Program-made: the position numbers and the translations under genes
DNA from: an uncultured Alphaproteobacteria bacterium
Lineage (GTDB): Bacteria > Pseudomonadota > Alphaproteobacteria > Rs-D84
Direction: 5' to 3'
NCBI GenBank assembly: GCA_937903135.1
Contig: CALDAH010000024.1
Span: 18,471-82,470, forward strand
DNA length: 64,000 bases
Notes under the pieces: generated by a model
What the model was told of the DNA's origin: nothing
Databases searched by the model: none
Seen by the model: only the letters and a program-made list of their open reading frames with translations
Shown: positions 47,576 through 58,500 of the stretch, one piece after another
Layout: each line of letters starts with the position of its first letter
How positions within the stretch are numbered: position 1 is the first letter of the stretch

Positions 47576-49147
47576 TTATTTTGTTACGCTAATAATCTCG
47601 GCGTTTTCAAACAGGCTCATTGCGCTGGCGATCATCGGGTCGGCTGCGAGCTCTTGTTGTTTTTGTTCGGTAACCGTTTGCGCATGCGCGGATTCGGCCG
47701 TCCGGGTTAATTGCCACGTATGACCCGTTTTATCCGACAGCCATACGGTTAGTTTATGTGCGAAATCCGGTTCGCCCTTGCGGTCAAAGTATGTTATTGC
47801 GCCGTCGCTGAATTCTGTGATTTCAATATTGGCGGTATAGTATGAATATAGCATAATCTCTTTTGATTCATGCAATGCCGTGGCCAGATCCGCCGCGGAT
47901 ATTATTTTGCGAAACGCAGGTTTTGCAGCTTCAAGGGCCGCCCCCGGTGTGGCCGATGTGCCGGGCGTCGGTTTTTTTATCCCCCCCGCCGGCGGCGTTT
48001 GCTGTGATTGTTGTTTTAAAATATCTGATACAGACGGCATATCCGCGATATGCATCATCCGAACAATCAGCATGTCAAAGCATTGTTTTTGATTCCCAGA
48101 TGCCTGCATTTCAGGGACGGCGGCAACCATAACCTGCCAGATGCGCGATAGTGTATTTAGTGATACGTTTGCGTTAATCGTGCGAATCTGGGCGCGTTGA
48201 TCGGCCGAATACGGGGAATTAATCGCATCGCCCGCGCGCAGTGCCGGGTGCATACGTGTCGCCCAGTGTGTCCATTCCATCATATCGGTTAACAGCATCG
48301 CTAAATCCGCGCCGTTATTATAAATCTGGTCGGCACGTTCCAATGCATCGGCGGTATTGCCCGATAGCAGCGTTTTCATAAAATCAACGACAACACCACG
48401 GTCGGCGCGTTTTAGCATGTCGAGTACCGCTGCCTCGTCTACGTTACCGCCGGTCTGGGCGATTGCCTGATCCAATAGCGACAGGCCATCACGGACCGAC
48501 CCATCGGCCGCACGCGCCAGCAGTTCGTTTGCAGAATCTGATAACGTAATTTTTTCCTGATCTGCGATCCAGGCAAAGTGTTTCTTTAGTGTTTCAACGG
48601 GGACGCGCGCTAAATCAAACCGTTGACAGCGGGATAAAATCGTAACAGGGACTTTTCGGATTTCCGTCGTCGCTAAAATAAATATAACGTGTGCAGGCGG
48701 TTCTTCTAGTGTTTTTAGCAGCGCGTTAAACGCACTGGTTGATAGCATATGGACTTCGTCAATAATATAAACTTTATATCGGCCGTTCGTTGGGCGGTAT
48801 TGTGCAGCATCCAAAATATCGCGCATGTTATCAACGCCCGTATGCGATGCGGCGTCAATTTCCATAACGTCAATATGTTGCCCCGCGGCAATCGCGCGAC
48901 AGTTTTCACATTGCCCGCATGGCGTCGCAGTCGCCCGATCCGCCGACAGGCAATTTAATGCCTTGGCCAGGATTCGTGCGGTACTGGTTTTTCCCGTTCC
49001 GCGAATACCGGTAAATATATATGCGTGTGCAATGCGTGATGTATTAATCGCGGTCGTTAATGTTTTTACCAAAACATCCTGCCCGATAAGGGTTTGAAAA
49101 TCCTGACTGCGATACTTTCGCGCTAAAACGGTATAATTGCTATCCAT
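47576..49147 (-). CDS. dnaX: DNA polymerase III subunit gamma/tau DnaX.
   Basis: AAA+ Walker A GIRGTGKTS and a zinc-module CxxC…CxxC. Confidence 0.9.
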   Translation of the reverse strand: MDSNYTVLARKYRSQDFQTLIGQDVLVKTLTTAINTSRIAHAYIFTGIRGTGKTSTARILAKALNCLSADRATATPCGQCENCRAIAAGQHIDVMEIDAASHTGVDNMRDILDAAQYRPTNGRYKVYIIDEVHMLSTSAFNALLKTLEEPPAHVIFILATTEIRKVPVTILSRCQRFDLARVPVETLKKHFAWIADQEKITLSDSANELLARAADGSVRDGLSLLDQAIAQTGGNVDEAAVLDMLKRADRGVVVDFMKTLLSGNTADALERADQIYNNGADLAMLLTDMMEWTHWATRMHPALRAGDAINSPYSADQRAQIRTINANVSLNTLSRIWQVMVAAVPEMQASGNQKQCFDMLIVRMMHIADMPSVSDILKQQSQQTPPAGGIKKPTPGTSATPGAALEAAKPAFRKIISAADLATALHESKEIMLYSYYTANIEITEFSDGAITYFDRKGEPDFAHKLTVWLSDKTGHTWQLTRTAESAHAQTVTEQKQQELAADPMIASAMSLFENAEIISVTK

Positions 49148-49220
49148 GCTAAAACTTCCTTTTGCAAAAAGGATAGCAAACCGTTGTTAAATTTCAACAA
49201 ATAAAGTATAAGATTTTTTA

Positions 49221-49511
49221 TTACAGGTTTGTAATAAAATCAGGGAATGCAGCGTCATCTTCTTCGGTCGTGTCGTTTGTTTCTGCGGGCTCGGCCGGTG
49301 CTTTTTCTTTTGGATCACGGCTGGAATCAATTTTTCCCTGCTCGGCACTGACGATACGCCCGTAGTGTTCGGCGGCCTGCATTAAACGTTCGCGTTCAAT
49401 TTCGTCTGCTGTTTGACGCGCTTGGTCCATGTATTGTTTTCTTTTCTGACGCCATTTATGACAGCGCTGAATCATCATCCCGACCGAGGATTGGTTTTTT
49501 TTGTTTTGCAT
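49221..49511 (-). CDS. Small conserved alphaproteobacterial protein, DUF4167-like.
   Basis: Basic N-terminus plus a Q.AEHY motif (MQAAEHYGRIV), with an acidic C-terminus. Confidence 0.4.
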   Translation of the reverse strand: MQNKKNQSSVGMMIQRCHKWRQKRKQYMDQARQTADEIERERLMQAAEHYGRIVSAEQGKIDSSRDPKEKAPAEPAETNDTTEEDDAAFPDFITNL

Positions 49512-49660
49512 TTTTATTCTTTTTAACAGGAAATATTATCCAATAATTTTATGACAATAATTTGTCACACCTCGCCTTATAAGCAATATGGATAATATAG
49601 TATCTTAAAACTGATTGCAATATTTTTTTTCTATTGCTATTCTAAAAATACGTAGGAGGG

Positions 49661-51022
49661 ATGATTTTGCAATCGCAACGTGGTAATTTTTTACTTCAGG
49701 CATTATTAGCACTTGCGTGCATATTTGCATTCATTCCGTTTTTTGCAAACACTATTGCCGCGCGCGACACTAACGAACGAATGTTCGCCGCAACCGGTCA
49801 AATTGAACAGGCCCAGGCCGCCGCGCGAATTTTCATACGTGAAAACGCAAACGCGCTGCCATATGATAAAACGGTTATCGCCGGTAATCAATTCGCCGAT
49901 ACGCTTGAAGCGTACGGACTGCCGCTGGGGTTTGTACCGCGAACGGCACTGGGACAGGATATTGCATTGGTTATAAATAAAACCGCGACAGATATAACGG
50001 CGCATCTGGAAGTTACGGGCGGTGATCTATCGGCGATTGCCCGGGCAGAGCTAATACGCCGTATCGGTTTTTACGCCACGCCGTTCGGGGATGCAATACG
50101 CGTCGGAATTGCGCTGGAAAATATTTATTCAGATGTTGTTCGCCGAAATGAACCCGATACGGATAATAACGGTTTTTTAACTAATCTGGATATGGGGGGA
50201 AATACATTTAATAACGCCGGCACGGCGATTGCACGCCAAGGGGATTTCGCCACGGGGGAATTTAAAACACTTTCCATCATCGGGTTTGAAAACGGGCGCA
50301 GGGTTCGCAATTCAATTGCTGCGATTTCCGCGAATAAGGCGGTGTTTCAAACCAAATCAGGCGAGGCGGCATTATCCATTACCCGCGGGGTTTTATCGGC
50401 GGATGAAATAAATGCAAAAACAATTGCTAAGTTCGGGGACACGGGGAATTTTACATCAAATTCCGCATCGGTTTATGATTTTGCAATGACGGCGGGGCGG
50501 ACGGGTTTTTCCGGCCCGGATAAATGGAACGTTCGCGGAAACCTTGTATCGGATCGGGTTACGTTTAGTGTTGAACGACTGGACGTGGATTCATTTGTAA
50601 ACGCGTCCCGCGGCCAGGATGTTTATATTACCCCGGATGATTTGGAATATAATTCGCGCAGTGGAATTGACGCCGGGGTTTTAATCGCATCAAATATAAC
50701 GCTGCGCGATCAAACGTCCGCTGCATTGGCGAACGGCGAAAGCGGTGCTGTGGTGGTTGATATTCGCCCGGCCGGGACGTCTGTGCTGCCGGATGTTTTG
50801 CTGGAAACAATTGATAATAACGCGTTTAGTATAATTGCCCGGCCGGGGGCGAACGATGATAAGATGCAGAATTGTCGTACGATAATATCTGATCTGAATG
50901 CATCATATAACCAGCGTTCGCTGGCGCAATATATTATTTGCCAGTATGTATATTGGCAGCGACTGGAAAAAAGAATTGATATAAAGGAATGTTTGTTATC
51001 AGGCAGGGGGGGCTGTGTATAA
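49661..51022 (+). CDS. Large pseudopilin-like protein 1 (prepilin-type N-terminus, Gln at +5).
   Basis: The N-terminus is …QR-G-NFLLQ-ALLALACIFAFIPFF. An SD (aggaggg) abuts the ATG, and a TTG at 49667 is an alternative start. The gene overlaps the next gene by 8 nt. Confidence 0.45.
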   Translation: MILQSQRGNFLLQALLALACIFAFIPFFANTIAARDTNERMFAATGQIEQAQAAARIFIRENANALPYDKTVIAGNQFADTLEAYGLPLGFVPRTALGQDIALVINKTATDITAHLEVTGGDLSAIARAELIRRIGFYATPFGDAIRVGIALENIYSDVVRRNEPDTDNNGFLTNLDMGGNTFNNAGTAIARQGDFATGEFKTLSIIGFENGRRVRNSIAAISANKAVFQTKSGEAALSITRGVLSADEINAKTIAKFGDTGNFTSNSASVYDFAMTAGRTGFSGPDKWNVRGNLVSDRVTFSVERLDVDSFVNASRGQDVYITPDDLEYNSRSGIDAGVLIASNITLRDQTSAALANGESGAVVVDIRPAGTSVLPDVLLETIDNNAFSIIARPGANDDKMQNCRTIISDLNASYNQRSLAQYIICQYVYWQRLEKRIDIKECLLSGRGGCV

Positions 51023-52217
51023 ACGGAATGGGATTTTTTCGGATCTATCGCGTGGCGCCAGTGTAACAGAGGTTTTACTGGCCATGGCAATTGTTACCAT
51101 GGCGGCCCCGTTTGTTTATAACCAGATCGCCCAGACCAACCGGGATATTCGCGATATATCCATGGCACGTGATATAATCGCACTGCGTGATCCGGCGTTG
51201 AATTTTATTCGCATAAACCAAGACTCGTGGCCCGATGCCGCGCAGATACAATTATCAGACGATGAATTGGATCAGATATCAGATACAGCATTTGCGGGAT
51301 TTATTGATAAATATTCTGTTAAGGGCGCAGGTATTACGGATGTTTATTTGGCGTTTAATACACATGATTCACAGTTGCATGCGAACCGCATCGCGCGTCA
51401 GATTGGTGATAGCGCGGCCGTGGTTGACGCATCCGGCGTTGCATATGGCAATACATGGGCGATATCCGCACCGGATTTAAAGCCCGGGGATTTAATATAT
51501 CGCATATCACGTGATTTTTCCGGGAACGATAAAACCAAATACCTGCATCGTGCAACGTCCGGGGATGATAATTTAAATGTTATGCAGCGTGATTTACATA
51601 TGGGCGGGTTTAATGCGTATAATATCGGGACTGCGTCGGCGGAATCTGCGCGGATTAATTCGGCCGTTGCGATGTTTGTCACATCGGACGATGTGTCGGC
51701 CGAAAATATATATTTTTCATCGGGCGCAAATATGGACGGTGGAAACGCTGCAATTGGAACTATGCGCGTATCGGGTGATATAACGGGATTTCGGAATATA
51801 TACGCGGATAATCTAAACGGCGGGGGATATACCACGGCCGGGCGTATTATTGCCGATCGCGCACGGGTAAATAATTCTGTAAACGTTGCCGGGGATTTTG
51901 TTTTAAAATCAGATTCTGCGCGAACGATCAGTGCGTTTACCGGGATTCGGGCAAATTCTGTTTATACAACATCAATAACCGCATCCGAGATGGTGTTCTA
52001 CGGTAACGTCGGGCTGACGGTATCGGGCGAGCTGTTAATGTCAACAACCCCTGCGTTAAAGATCGGCGGTTGGTCATTCCCATCGCTGACGCCGCCACGG
52101 TTTGATGAACTGTCGCTGTCGCGCGCGGCAATCCCGGCAACGCCGGTCGCGGATGAATTTGCGCCGCTAATGTCGTCCGGATGGCAGGATATTCCCCCAA
52201 TAACAGAGGTACAATGA
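51015..52217 (+). CDS. Large pseudopilin-like protein 2 (GTG start).
   Basis: The N-terminus is …SR-G-ASVTE-VLLAMAIVTMAAPFVY. A GGGGGG SD lies upstream. The gene overlaps the next gene by 4 nt (ATGA). Confidence 0.45.
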   Translation: MYKRNGIFSDLSRGASVTEVLLAMAIVTMAAPFVYNQIAQTNRDIRDISMARDIIALRDPALNFIRINQDSWPDAAQIQLSDDELDQISDTAFAGFIDKYSVKGAGITDVYLAFNTHDSQLHANRIARQIGDSAAVVDASGVAYGNTWAISAPDLKPGDLIYRISRDFSGNDKTKYLHRATSGDDNLNVMQRDLHMGGFNAYNIGTASAESARINSAVAMFVTSDDVSAENIYFSSGANMDGGNAAIGTMRVSGDITGFRNIYADNLNGGGYTTAGRIIADRARVNNSVNVAGDFVLKSDSARTISAFTGIRANSVYTTSITASEMVFYGNVGLTVSGELLMSTTPALKIGGWSFPSLTPPRFDELSLSRAAIPATPVADEFAPLMSSGWQDIPPITEVQ

Positions 52218-53527
52218 AAACGCAAAATCGGATCTTTAACAACGAAGCGCGCGGCAGCATGCTGGTTGAATTACTGCTAAGTGTTGCGCTGGCGGTATTG
52301 ATTATTCCGTTTATATTTCGCTATCAGCATGATGCGGCCCGGCGCGCTGAAAATATTGCAATCGTTAATCAGATGGAAACAGTTCAGGCCGCATTAGAAC
52401 GATATATTATTGATAACCGCGTGGAATTATTAAAAACCGTTGGCAAAAATATTACGCGCGTTGAAATCACAGATTTAATTAACTATGGCGTTCCGGAAAG
52501 TATTGTTGATAAATTCGGGGCCGACTATCAGCTGCGTGTATTAAAAACAAATGATATAAATAATCAGTCCACGCTTCAGGGGGTCGTTGTTTTATCATCG
52601 CGCGATATCACACCGGTTCGTACGCGTGAAATTGTTGGAATCGGCGGCACTTCTATGGGGTTTGTTGATGGTAATCATGCGTATGGATCATTCGGGGCAT
52701 GGCATACGGATTTAATTGATCTCGGGATCGCGGGCGACGGCGGTGTTATTCAGACCACGCCCGTTCAGCGTGATAATGCGCTTTATCTATGGCGCGTCCC
52801 GTCGGATAACGACAGCGATGCGACAATGATGACGTCATTAAACCTTGGTGGGCATGATATTACAGGGGCGAAGTATTTTGATATCGCCACCGCCCGATTT
52901 GACGAGGTTATTAATTCATCAATTATTGCGGCCGGGGATATTATTTTTCAAAACCGCACGACCATAGATAAAACATTTATTGCAAACTCTGCGGCGGTTG
53001 CCGGTACATTATCTGCGGATTCGCGTAATATGGAAATCACAGGTGCATTAAAGCTGGCGGATGTTGGAAAATTTTCAAACTTTACAACGAATGATTTATG
53101 GGTAACGAACTTAAATCTATCGGGGTTAACGGTATCCGGGGATGAATACGGTGCGGTTATGATAAACATAAATCGTTCGCTGGATATGAACGCCGGTCGT
53201 ATTGATGCGATGTTTGCAACGGTCGGTTTTACAGGATCTATTACGCCGCGATTGGTCGTCCGCGAAAGAATAGAAGATTCAACAAACCCTGAATATTTTT
53301 GGGATACAGAATATCGTGTTGCGAACTTTATGGATCTGACCTCGCGAGAGCTTAATCGCATGGCGACATTAATCGTGGCGCGGGAAAAGGGTGGCAATAC
53401 TGCCGCGGGCAAAGCATTCGCAGCGGTTGCCGCGAACAAGAACGCAACAGTCGCGGATTTTATGAACGTAATTACAGATATTCAGAATAAAGTCCGCGCA
53501 AAATATCGCCTGTTGAATTTAGAATAA
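52214..53527 (+). CDS. Large pseudopilin-like protein 3.
   Basis: The N-terminus is MKTQNRIFNNEA-R-G-SMLVE-LLLSVALAVLIIPFIF. An SD (agagg) lies upstream. The 'N/R-IF' segment before the RG is shared with protein 2. Confidence 0.5.
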   Translation: MKTQNRIFNNEARGSMLVELLLSVALAVLIIPFIFRYQHDAARRAENIAIVNQMETVQAALERYIIDNRVELLKTVGKNITRVEITDLINYGVPESIVDKFGADYQLRVLKTNDINNQSTLQGVVVLSSRDITPVRTREIVGIGGTSMGFVDGNHAYGSFGAWHTDLIDLGIAGDGGVIQTTPVQRDNALYLWRVPSDNDSDATMMTSLNLGGHDITGAKYFDIATARFDEVINSSIIAAGDIIFQNRTTIDKTFIANSAAVAGTLSADSRNMEITGALKLADVGKFSNFTTNDLWVTNLNLSGLTVSGDEYGAVMININRSLDMNAGRIDAMFATVGFTGSITPRLVVRERIEDSTNPEYFWDTEYRVANFMDLTSRELNRMATLIVAREKGGNTAAGKAFAAVAANKNATVADFMNVITDIQNKVRAKYRLLNLE

Positions 53528-53547
53528 TTTATGGTATAAATCCAATT

Positions 53548-54054
53548 ATGAAAGTAACGTGTGAATTTTGTAAAACAGAATATTCCCTGCCGCGCGCGCC
53601 GGCATCTGCGGTAAAGTGTGCAATATGTGGTCGCGTATGGTCGGTTGCAAATGCCCCGCGGCGCAGTGCGACATTGATGTTTATCGCGGCCGTATGCGCA
53701 TTACTCGCGGCGGTTGTGTTTACGGTTACCATAATCGGACGTCATAAAATAAACGATGTTCAAAATCGTCCGCTGGTCGCGTCTATATCCGATATAAAAA
53801 CTGTTGTGGATGCAGATGGCGTTCCCCATTTTGTCGTAAGTGGAAACGTTATAAACCGTTCTGATGAAATATACGGCGTGCCGGATTTAATTATTGTATC
53901 GCGTGATGCCGACGGGAATCCGATTACGCGTCAGAAGTTTATGCCATCGGCAACGCTGCTGGATGCCGGGGCGCATGCATCGTTTTCGCATACACTGTCG
54001 TCACCGGCGGCCGGGGTTAAAAAAATTACAGTTGAACTGGGGGGCGATGAATGA
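53548..54054 (+). CDS. MJ0042-type zinc-ribbon membrane protein (DUF3426-like architecture).
   Basis: The N-terminal motif is CEFC…x15…CAIC, followed by a TM (LMFIAAVCALLAAVVFTVTII) and a periplasmic domain of about 100 aa. Confidence 0.5.
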   Translation: MKVTCEFCKTEYSLPRAPASAVKCAICGRVWSVANAPRRSATLMFIAAVCALLAAVVFTVTIIGRHKINDVQNRPLVASISDIKTVVDADGVPHFVVSGNVINRSDEIYGVPDLIIVSRDADGNPITRQKFMPSATLLDAGAHASFSHTLSSPAAGVKKITVELGGDE

Positions 54055-54515
54055 AGTGGTTATTGACACTGTTCATAATAATGCTAAGCGCTGTGGCAAA
54101 CGCCGCGGATGAAAAACCGGTTGTACGCCGGGTTAGTATTTTTTCAACCAGCACCGACTGGGAAGCGATAACGGGTCTATCGCTGTCCGAGTTTCGTGGA
54201 AAGTTTATATCAGATTCTAAACTGGTCGGGAACAAGGGGCTGGTATTGTATTATTTAGATGGATTCCCCTGCTATGGCCTTGGCGAAGGGGTTCGCGTAT
54301 GGATTGACCCGCGTGGGCGTGCGGATAATGACCTGCGGATTGTATGTTTGCGCCCGCCGCAGCAGATAAATTTTGCATGGCGAAATATGACGCGCGACGC
54401 GGATCAGGGTGTAACAACGGGGATTTTAACATGCCCTGTATCGGCATCGGGTCGTGATTTAACGATTGAGTTATCAAAGTGTAAAAAAGGCCCGGATTGG
54501 CCAGATTATGAATAG
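54051..54515 (+). CDS. Small secreted hypothetical protein.
   Basis: Signal peptide MKWLLTLFIIMLSAVANA, with 4 Cys. It overlaps the end of the previous gene by 4 nt. Confidence 0.4.
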   Translation: MKWLLTLFIIMLSAVANAADEKPVVRRVSIFSTSTDWEAITGLSLSEFRGKFISDSKLVGNKGLVLYYLDGFPCYGLGEGVRVWIDPRGRADNDLRIVCLRPPQQINFAWRNMTRDADQGVTTGILTCPVSASGRDLTIELSKCKKGPDWPDYE

Positions 54516-54523
54516 GGTATAAA

Positions 54524-55477
54524 ATGCAGCGGGAATTTATTGTATCAGAATCAGATGTTGGAAATCGCACGGATAAATTTTTATCTGCCCAGATGCCGGA
54601 ATTTTCACGCAGCGAGATTCAGCGTTTTAACGTTACGCGCAACGGCGCGCCGGTAAAGTTTTCCGAACGCGTACGCGCCGGGGATGTGTTTGTCGTAGAT
54701 ATTCCGGATGTTAAAACCGATGTCGCAACGGATAATATATCGCATGATTTTGATCTGGATATTTTATACGAAGACGACGATATTATCGTAATTAATAAAC
54801 CGCGCGGTGTTGTTATGTACCCGTCGGCGGGGAATAAAACGGGAACATTTGTTCAAAATATTTTATCACATACGCAGTTGTCTGCACTTGGCGGGCAAAC
54901 GCGTCCGGGGGTTGTTCATCGCCTGGATAAGGATACCAGTGGCGTTATGGTTTTTGCAAAATCTGATGCGGCATTTCGTGCGCTGGTAAAAACATTTTCT
55001 GCCCATGATCTGGTGCGAAAATATATTGCATTTGCCTGGGGAATTCCAAATTGGGAAAGTGCCGATATTACCGGGAATATTGCCCGTTCATCACGTAATC
55101 GTCAAAAAATGACGATGGTTAAATCCGGCGGAAAACCCGCCCAGACGGAGGTGTCGGTGGTTAATACATGGCCGCGCGCGGGGGTATCTGAATTTCGTTG
55201 TAATCTGCTAACGGGGCGAACGCATCAAATACGCGTTCATCTATCCGCGCATGGTTTTCCGGTTCTCTGTGATCCGATTTATGGTCGCGGCGCGGGACGC
55301 CTTGGGACGGTAAAAGATCCGGATTTATTAGAATTTCTAAAAACACATACCGGGCAGATGCTGCACGCCGAAGTATTGGAATTCACGCACCCGACGTCCG
55401 GGCAGCCGATGCGTTTCAAAGCACCGTTGCCCGATGATATGGCGGAATTAAAATATATACTAAACGATATTTACTAA
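54524..55477 (+). CDS. rluD: 23S rRNA pseudouridine synthase RluD (RluA family).
   Basis: S4 domain plus the catalytic motif HRLDKDTSGVMVFAKS. Confidence 0.8.
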   Translation: MQREFIVSESDVGNRTDKFLSAQMPEFSRSEIQRFNVTRNGAPVKFSERVRAGDVFVVDIPDVKTDVATDNISHDFDLDILYEDDDIIVINKPRGVVMYPSAGNKTGTFVQNILSHTQLSALGGQTRPGVVHRLDKDTSGVMVFAKSDAAFRALVKTFSAHDLVRKYIAFAWGIPNWESADITGNIARSSRNRQKMTMVKSGGKPAQTEVSVVNTWPRAGVSEFRCNLLTGRTHQIRVHLSAHGFPVLCDPIYGRGAGRLGTVKDPDLLEFLKTHTGQMLHAEVLEFTHPTSGQPMRFKAPLPDDMAELKYILNDIY

Positions 55478-55556
55478 AATACGACAAAACCATTATTTTT
55501 GTTTGTCAGAATATCTTTTTATGATATAATGAAACAATAAATCATGGAGTGAGTCA

Positions 55557-58500
55557 ATGTTTGTCCTGAAAAAAACTATCAGTTTTATCGCTGTTTTCAG
55601 CGTATTACCGGCGGCATTCGCGGTTACGGCACGCCCGAGTATTGTAATGAAGGCGTCACCACGTATGCCGACAATGACGGCAAATATAAACAATAATAAT
55701 ACAACCACGTCCGGGACAACGGTTAATTCATCAACCCTATTGGCGAACGCCGAATGCATAGAGGCGTATACTTCATGTATGAAATCAGCGGATGCATGTG
55801 GCCCGAATTTTGAAGAATGCACAAACAAGGTATTATTCCACGGAAAAATGCCCCAGTGTTTAAGTACACTTGCCCAGTGTTCAGCGGCCGGTGTAACCAG
55901 CCTTTACGGGACAAGTAATACTGCCGCATTATCCACGGTCGCATCAACCAACAGCTATGGCGAGGTTACAAACTACACATACCCGACCGACGGCAGTGTT
56001 TTAGGGCAGTTAATCACCGGTGCGGCGATAACTAACCGTTATGATACGTCAACCTGCGTTCGTCGTTATACATCGTGTTTAAAGAAAGACACCGTATGCG
56101 GTAATGATTTTGAATTATGCACAACAAACGCAGAATTTAAAAAACAACGCGTATTTTGCGATTCAACCCTTGCACGCTGCCAGGGCGAAGGGATAACAGA
56201 ATTATTCGGATCAGCCTCTCTAACGGCGGCCCCGAGTGCGAGCAGTCGCGTCGGTGAAATGATCGCCGAAGGTGCGGCACTGGCGGCCGTTAATGCCGTT
56301 TCAACGTGTTATAAGGTAATTGATAACTGCATCCTGGGGGCATGTGCGGCGAACCCGTATAAGTGTTATGAAAACACCCCGGTTGTAAATGCCGAATTGG
56401 CCGATGCAATAAACAGCGGCGATGATAAAAATCCGGATATAAACAATACCGATACGACCACGGCGTCGTCGGTCGCGGCATATATCCGCAATTCGTGCAA
56501 GGATACAATCGGCGCAAATAAATACTGCTATGCGACATTTATCGGTAACGGTAATATGCCAACCGCATCCCAGCTGCGCGACGAAGATAACCAAGACGAA
56601 ATTTATTCCGAAGCCTACAGCGCACGTATGGGCGACGGGATGAAGGCACAGATAACAGAGCTGGTAAATAAATTTGATACCAAGGCTAAAAATAAATGTA
56701 TTGATACAATTAAATCCTGTGCGATGCGCGTTTGCGGCAGTGGCAGTGGCGCGGCATGCTATTCCCAGGTATTCGGATCAACGTCTAAATCCATTAACGC
56801 CGGGAATAATTATAATGAAATTAAAACCGGATGCGCGGCGATTGTAAATACGGACGCGAATTGCAAATATGCAGCTAAAAATACAACTGGCGTTGGCACG
56901 TATTCATATGCATTTATTAACACAGATGCATTTGATACGCTGTTCCCGGAATACGACACCAACAGCACAGACAATGACCCGATCGGCGTAATTGCGTCGC
57001 TGAACGCGTCATTGGCAAACAGCTACAGCGATGCGGCGATTGCGCAGATGAAAAAGCAGTGTCAGTCGGTTGCCAGCAGCTGTGTTAAATCAATGTGCGG
57101 GGCAGATTATCAAAACTGCTATCGTAACCGTACGGATGTATATTCGTCATTAACAGATACAGGTGATACACGTTTTGATAAATCCATGAACAAGGTAGGC
57201 GGCGTACTTGACTACACTATCGTTCTGGGGCTGTGCGTTGATACAGTTAAAAACGCATCTGTATGCGAAGAACATTTGGCAATTGAACAACAAAAATTAA
57301 AAATGAACAATTCAAATGCCGCCACCAGCTGGGGTGATGCAAATAACGTCCGCGGCGGCTGGATTGATGCCGGCTCAACATCCAAGATGGAATTTGCAGC
57401 CGAGAGTGTTCAGGCCGTTGATGAAAACGGTAATAACCTCTGCACGGTCAAAGGTGGCACGGAACAGGGCGTATGCTATACCGTTGACGCCAACGGCAAG
57501 GTATATGATACCCCGGCGATGATTTCGTATTCTACGTATGTTGAATCCCAGGCGGCAAATACGTTGTTTAAAGATTTAATATACGACCTAGAGATCGAAG
57601 CCCAGGCAAAATATAACGCGAAACTAACCAAAGAACAGAATATGTGCATGGCCAATAATGATGGTGGCCTGATGGGGAATCGTGATGCCGGCAGCACATT
57701 TATGTGGGTAAAACTGCGTTCTGCGAAAGTCCCGGCGAACTATGCGACGGCCGGACTTACCCCGAAACAGTTCGTGGCCAGCAATGATTTATACGGTTCA
57801 TTCTGTCGCGTTCGTGTTACATTGCAATCCGACGATCGTCGTATCCAGGATGTAATTAACAAAGGCGCAGACTGGGCAACCGCGTATTTCGCAACAGGTG
57901 ACGTATTTACCTGCGGCAGCTGGATACCGGCCGAAGCATTAGAAGAAATTGCAAAAGACGTTGCAAAAGATGCAACCGAGGATCAGGCCGCGGCACAGAA
58001 ACGTACCCGGACATGGCTGACCATATTAGGTGGACTGGGCGGTACAACGGGCGGCGCGTTCTTAGGTGAATCTATCCGCACCGGGAATACACTGGGTGGC
58101 CTAACGGGGCTAGGTGACGGGAATAAGGCGGATAAGAGCTCTAAAACCGATGCTAAAATGTGCCTTAATAACCTGGAATATGCCGCAGATGATCTAAATG
58201 ATGATAGTCTGTCAAATGCTGCGTACTCTATTGACACGGCCATAAGCTATGCTAAAAAGGCAAAGGTTTCGGATTCTGCGCTGACCGTTGCATCAAATGC
58301 CGCCAGCAATTTAAGAAAGGTTGTTGATGAATCCAGCGTTAGCGCCGAAAACAAAACAGTTGATAAAACCACTGCAATCAGAGAGGCCGAAACCGCGATT
58401 CGCAATCTGGAAACACTATGCGAACGCGTTGACGATGAAAAAAGCGATAAAGATAATAGTGGCAAGGGTTGGATTACAGGCGTTTCAACCGTCGCAATGG

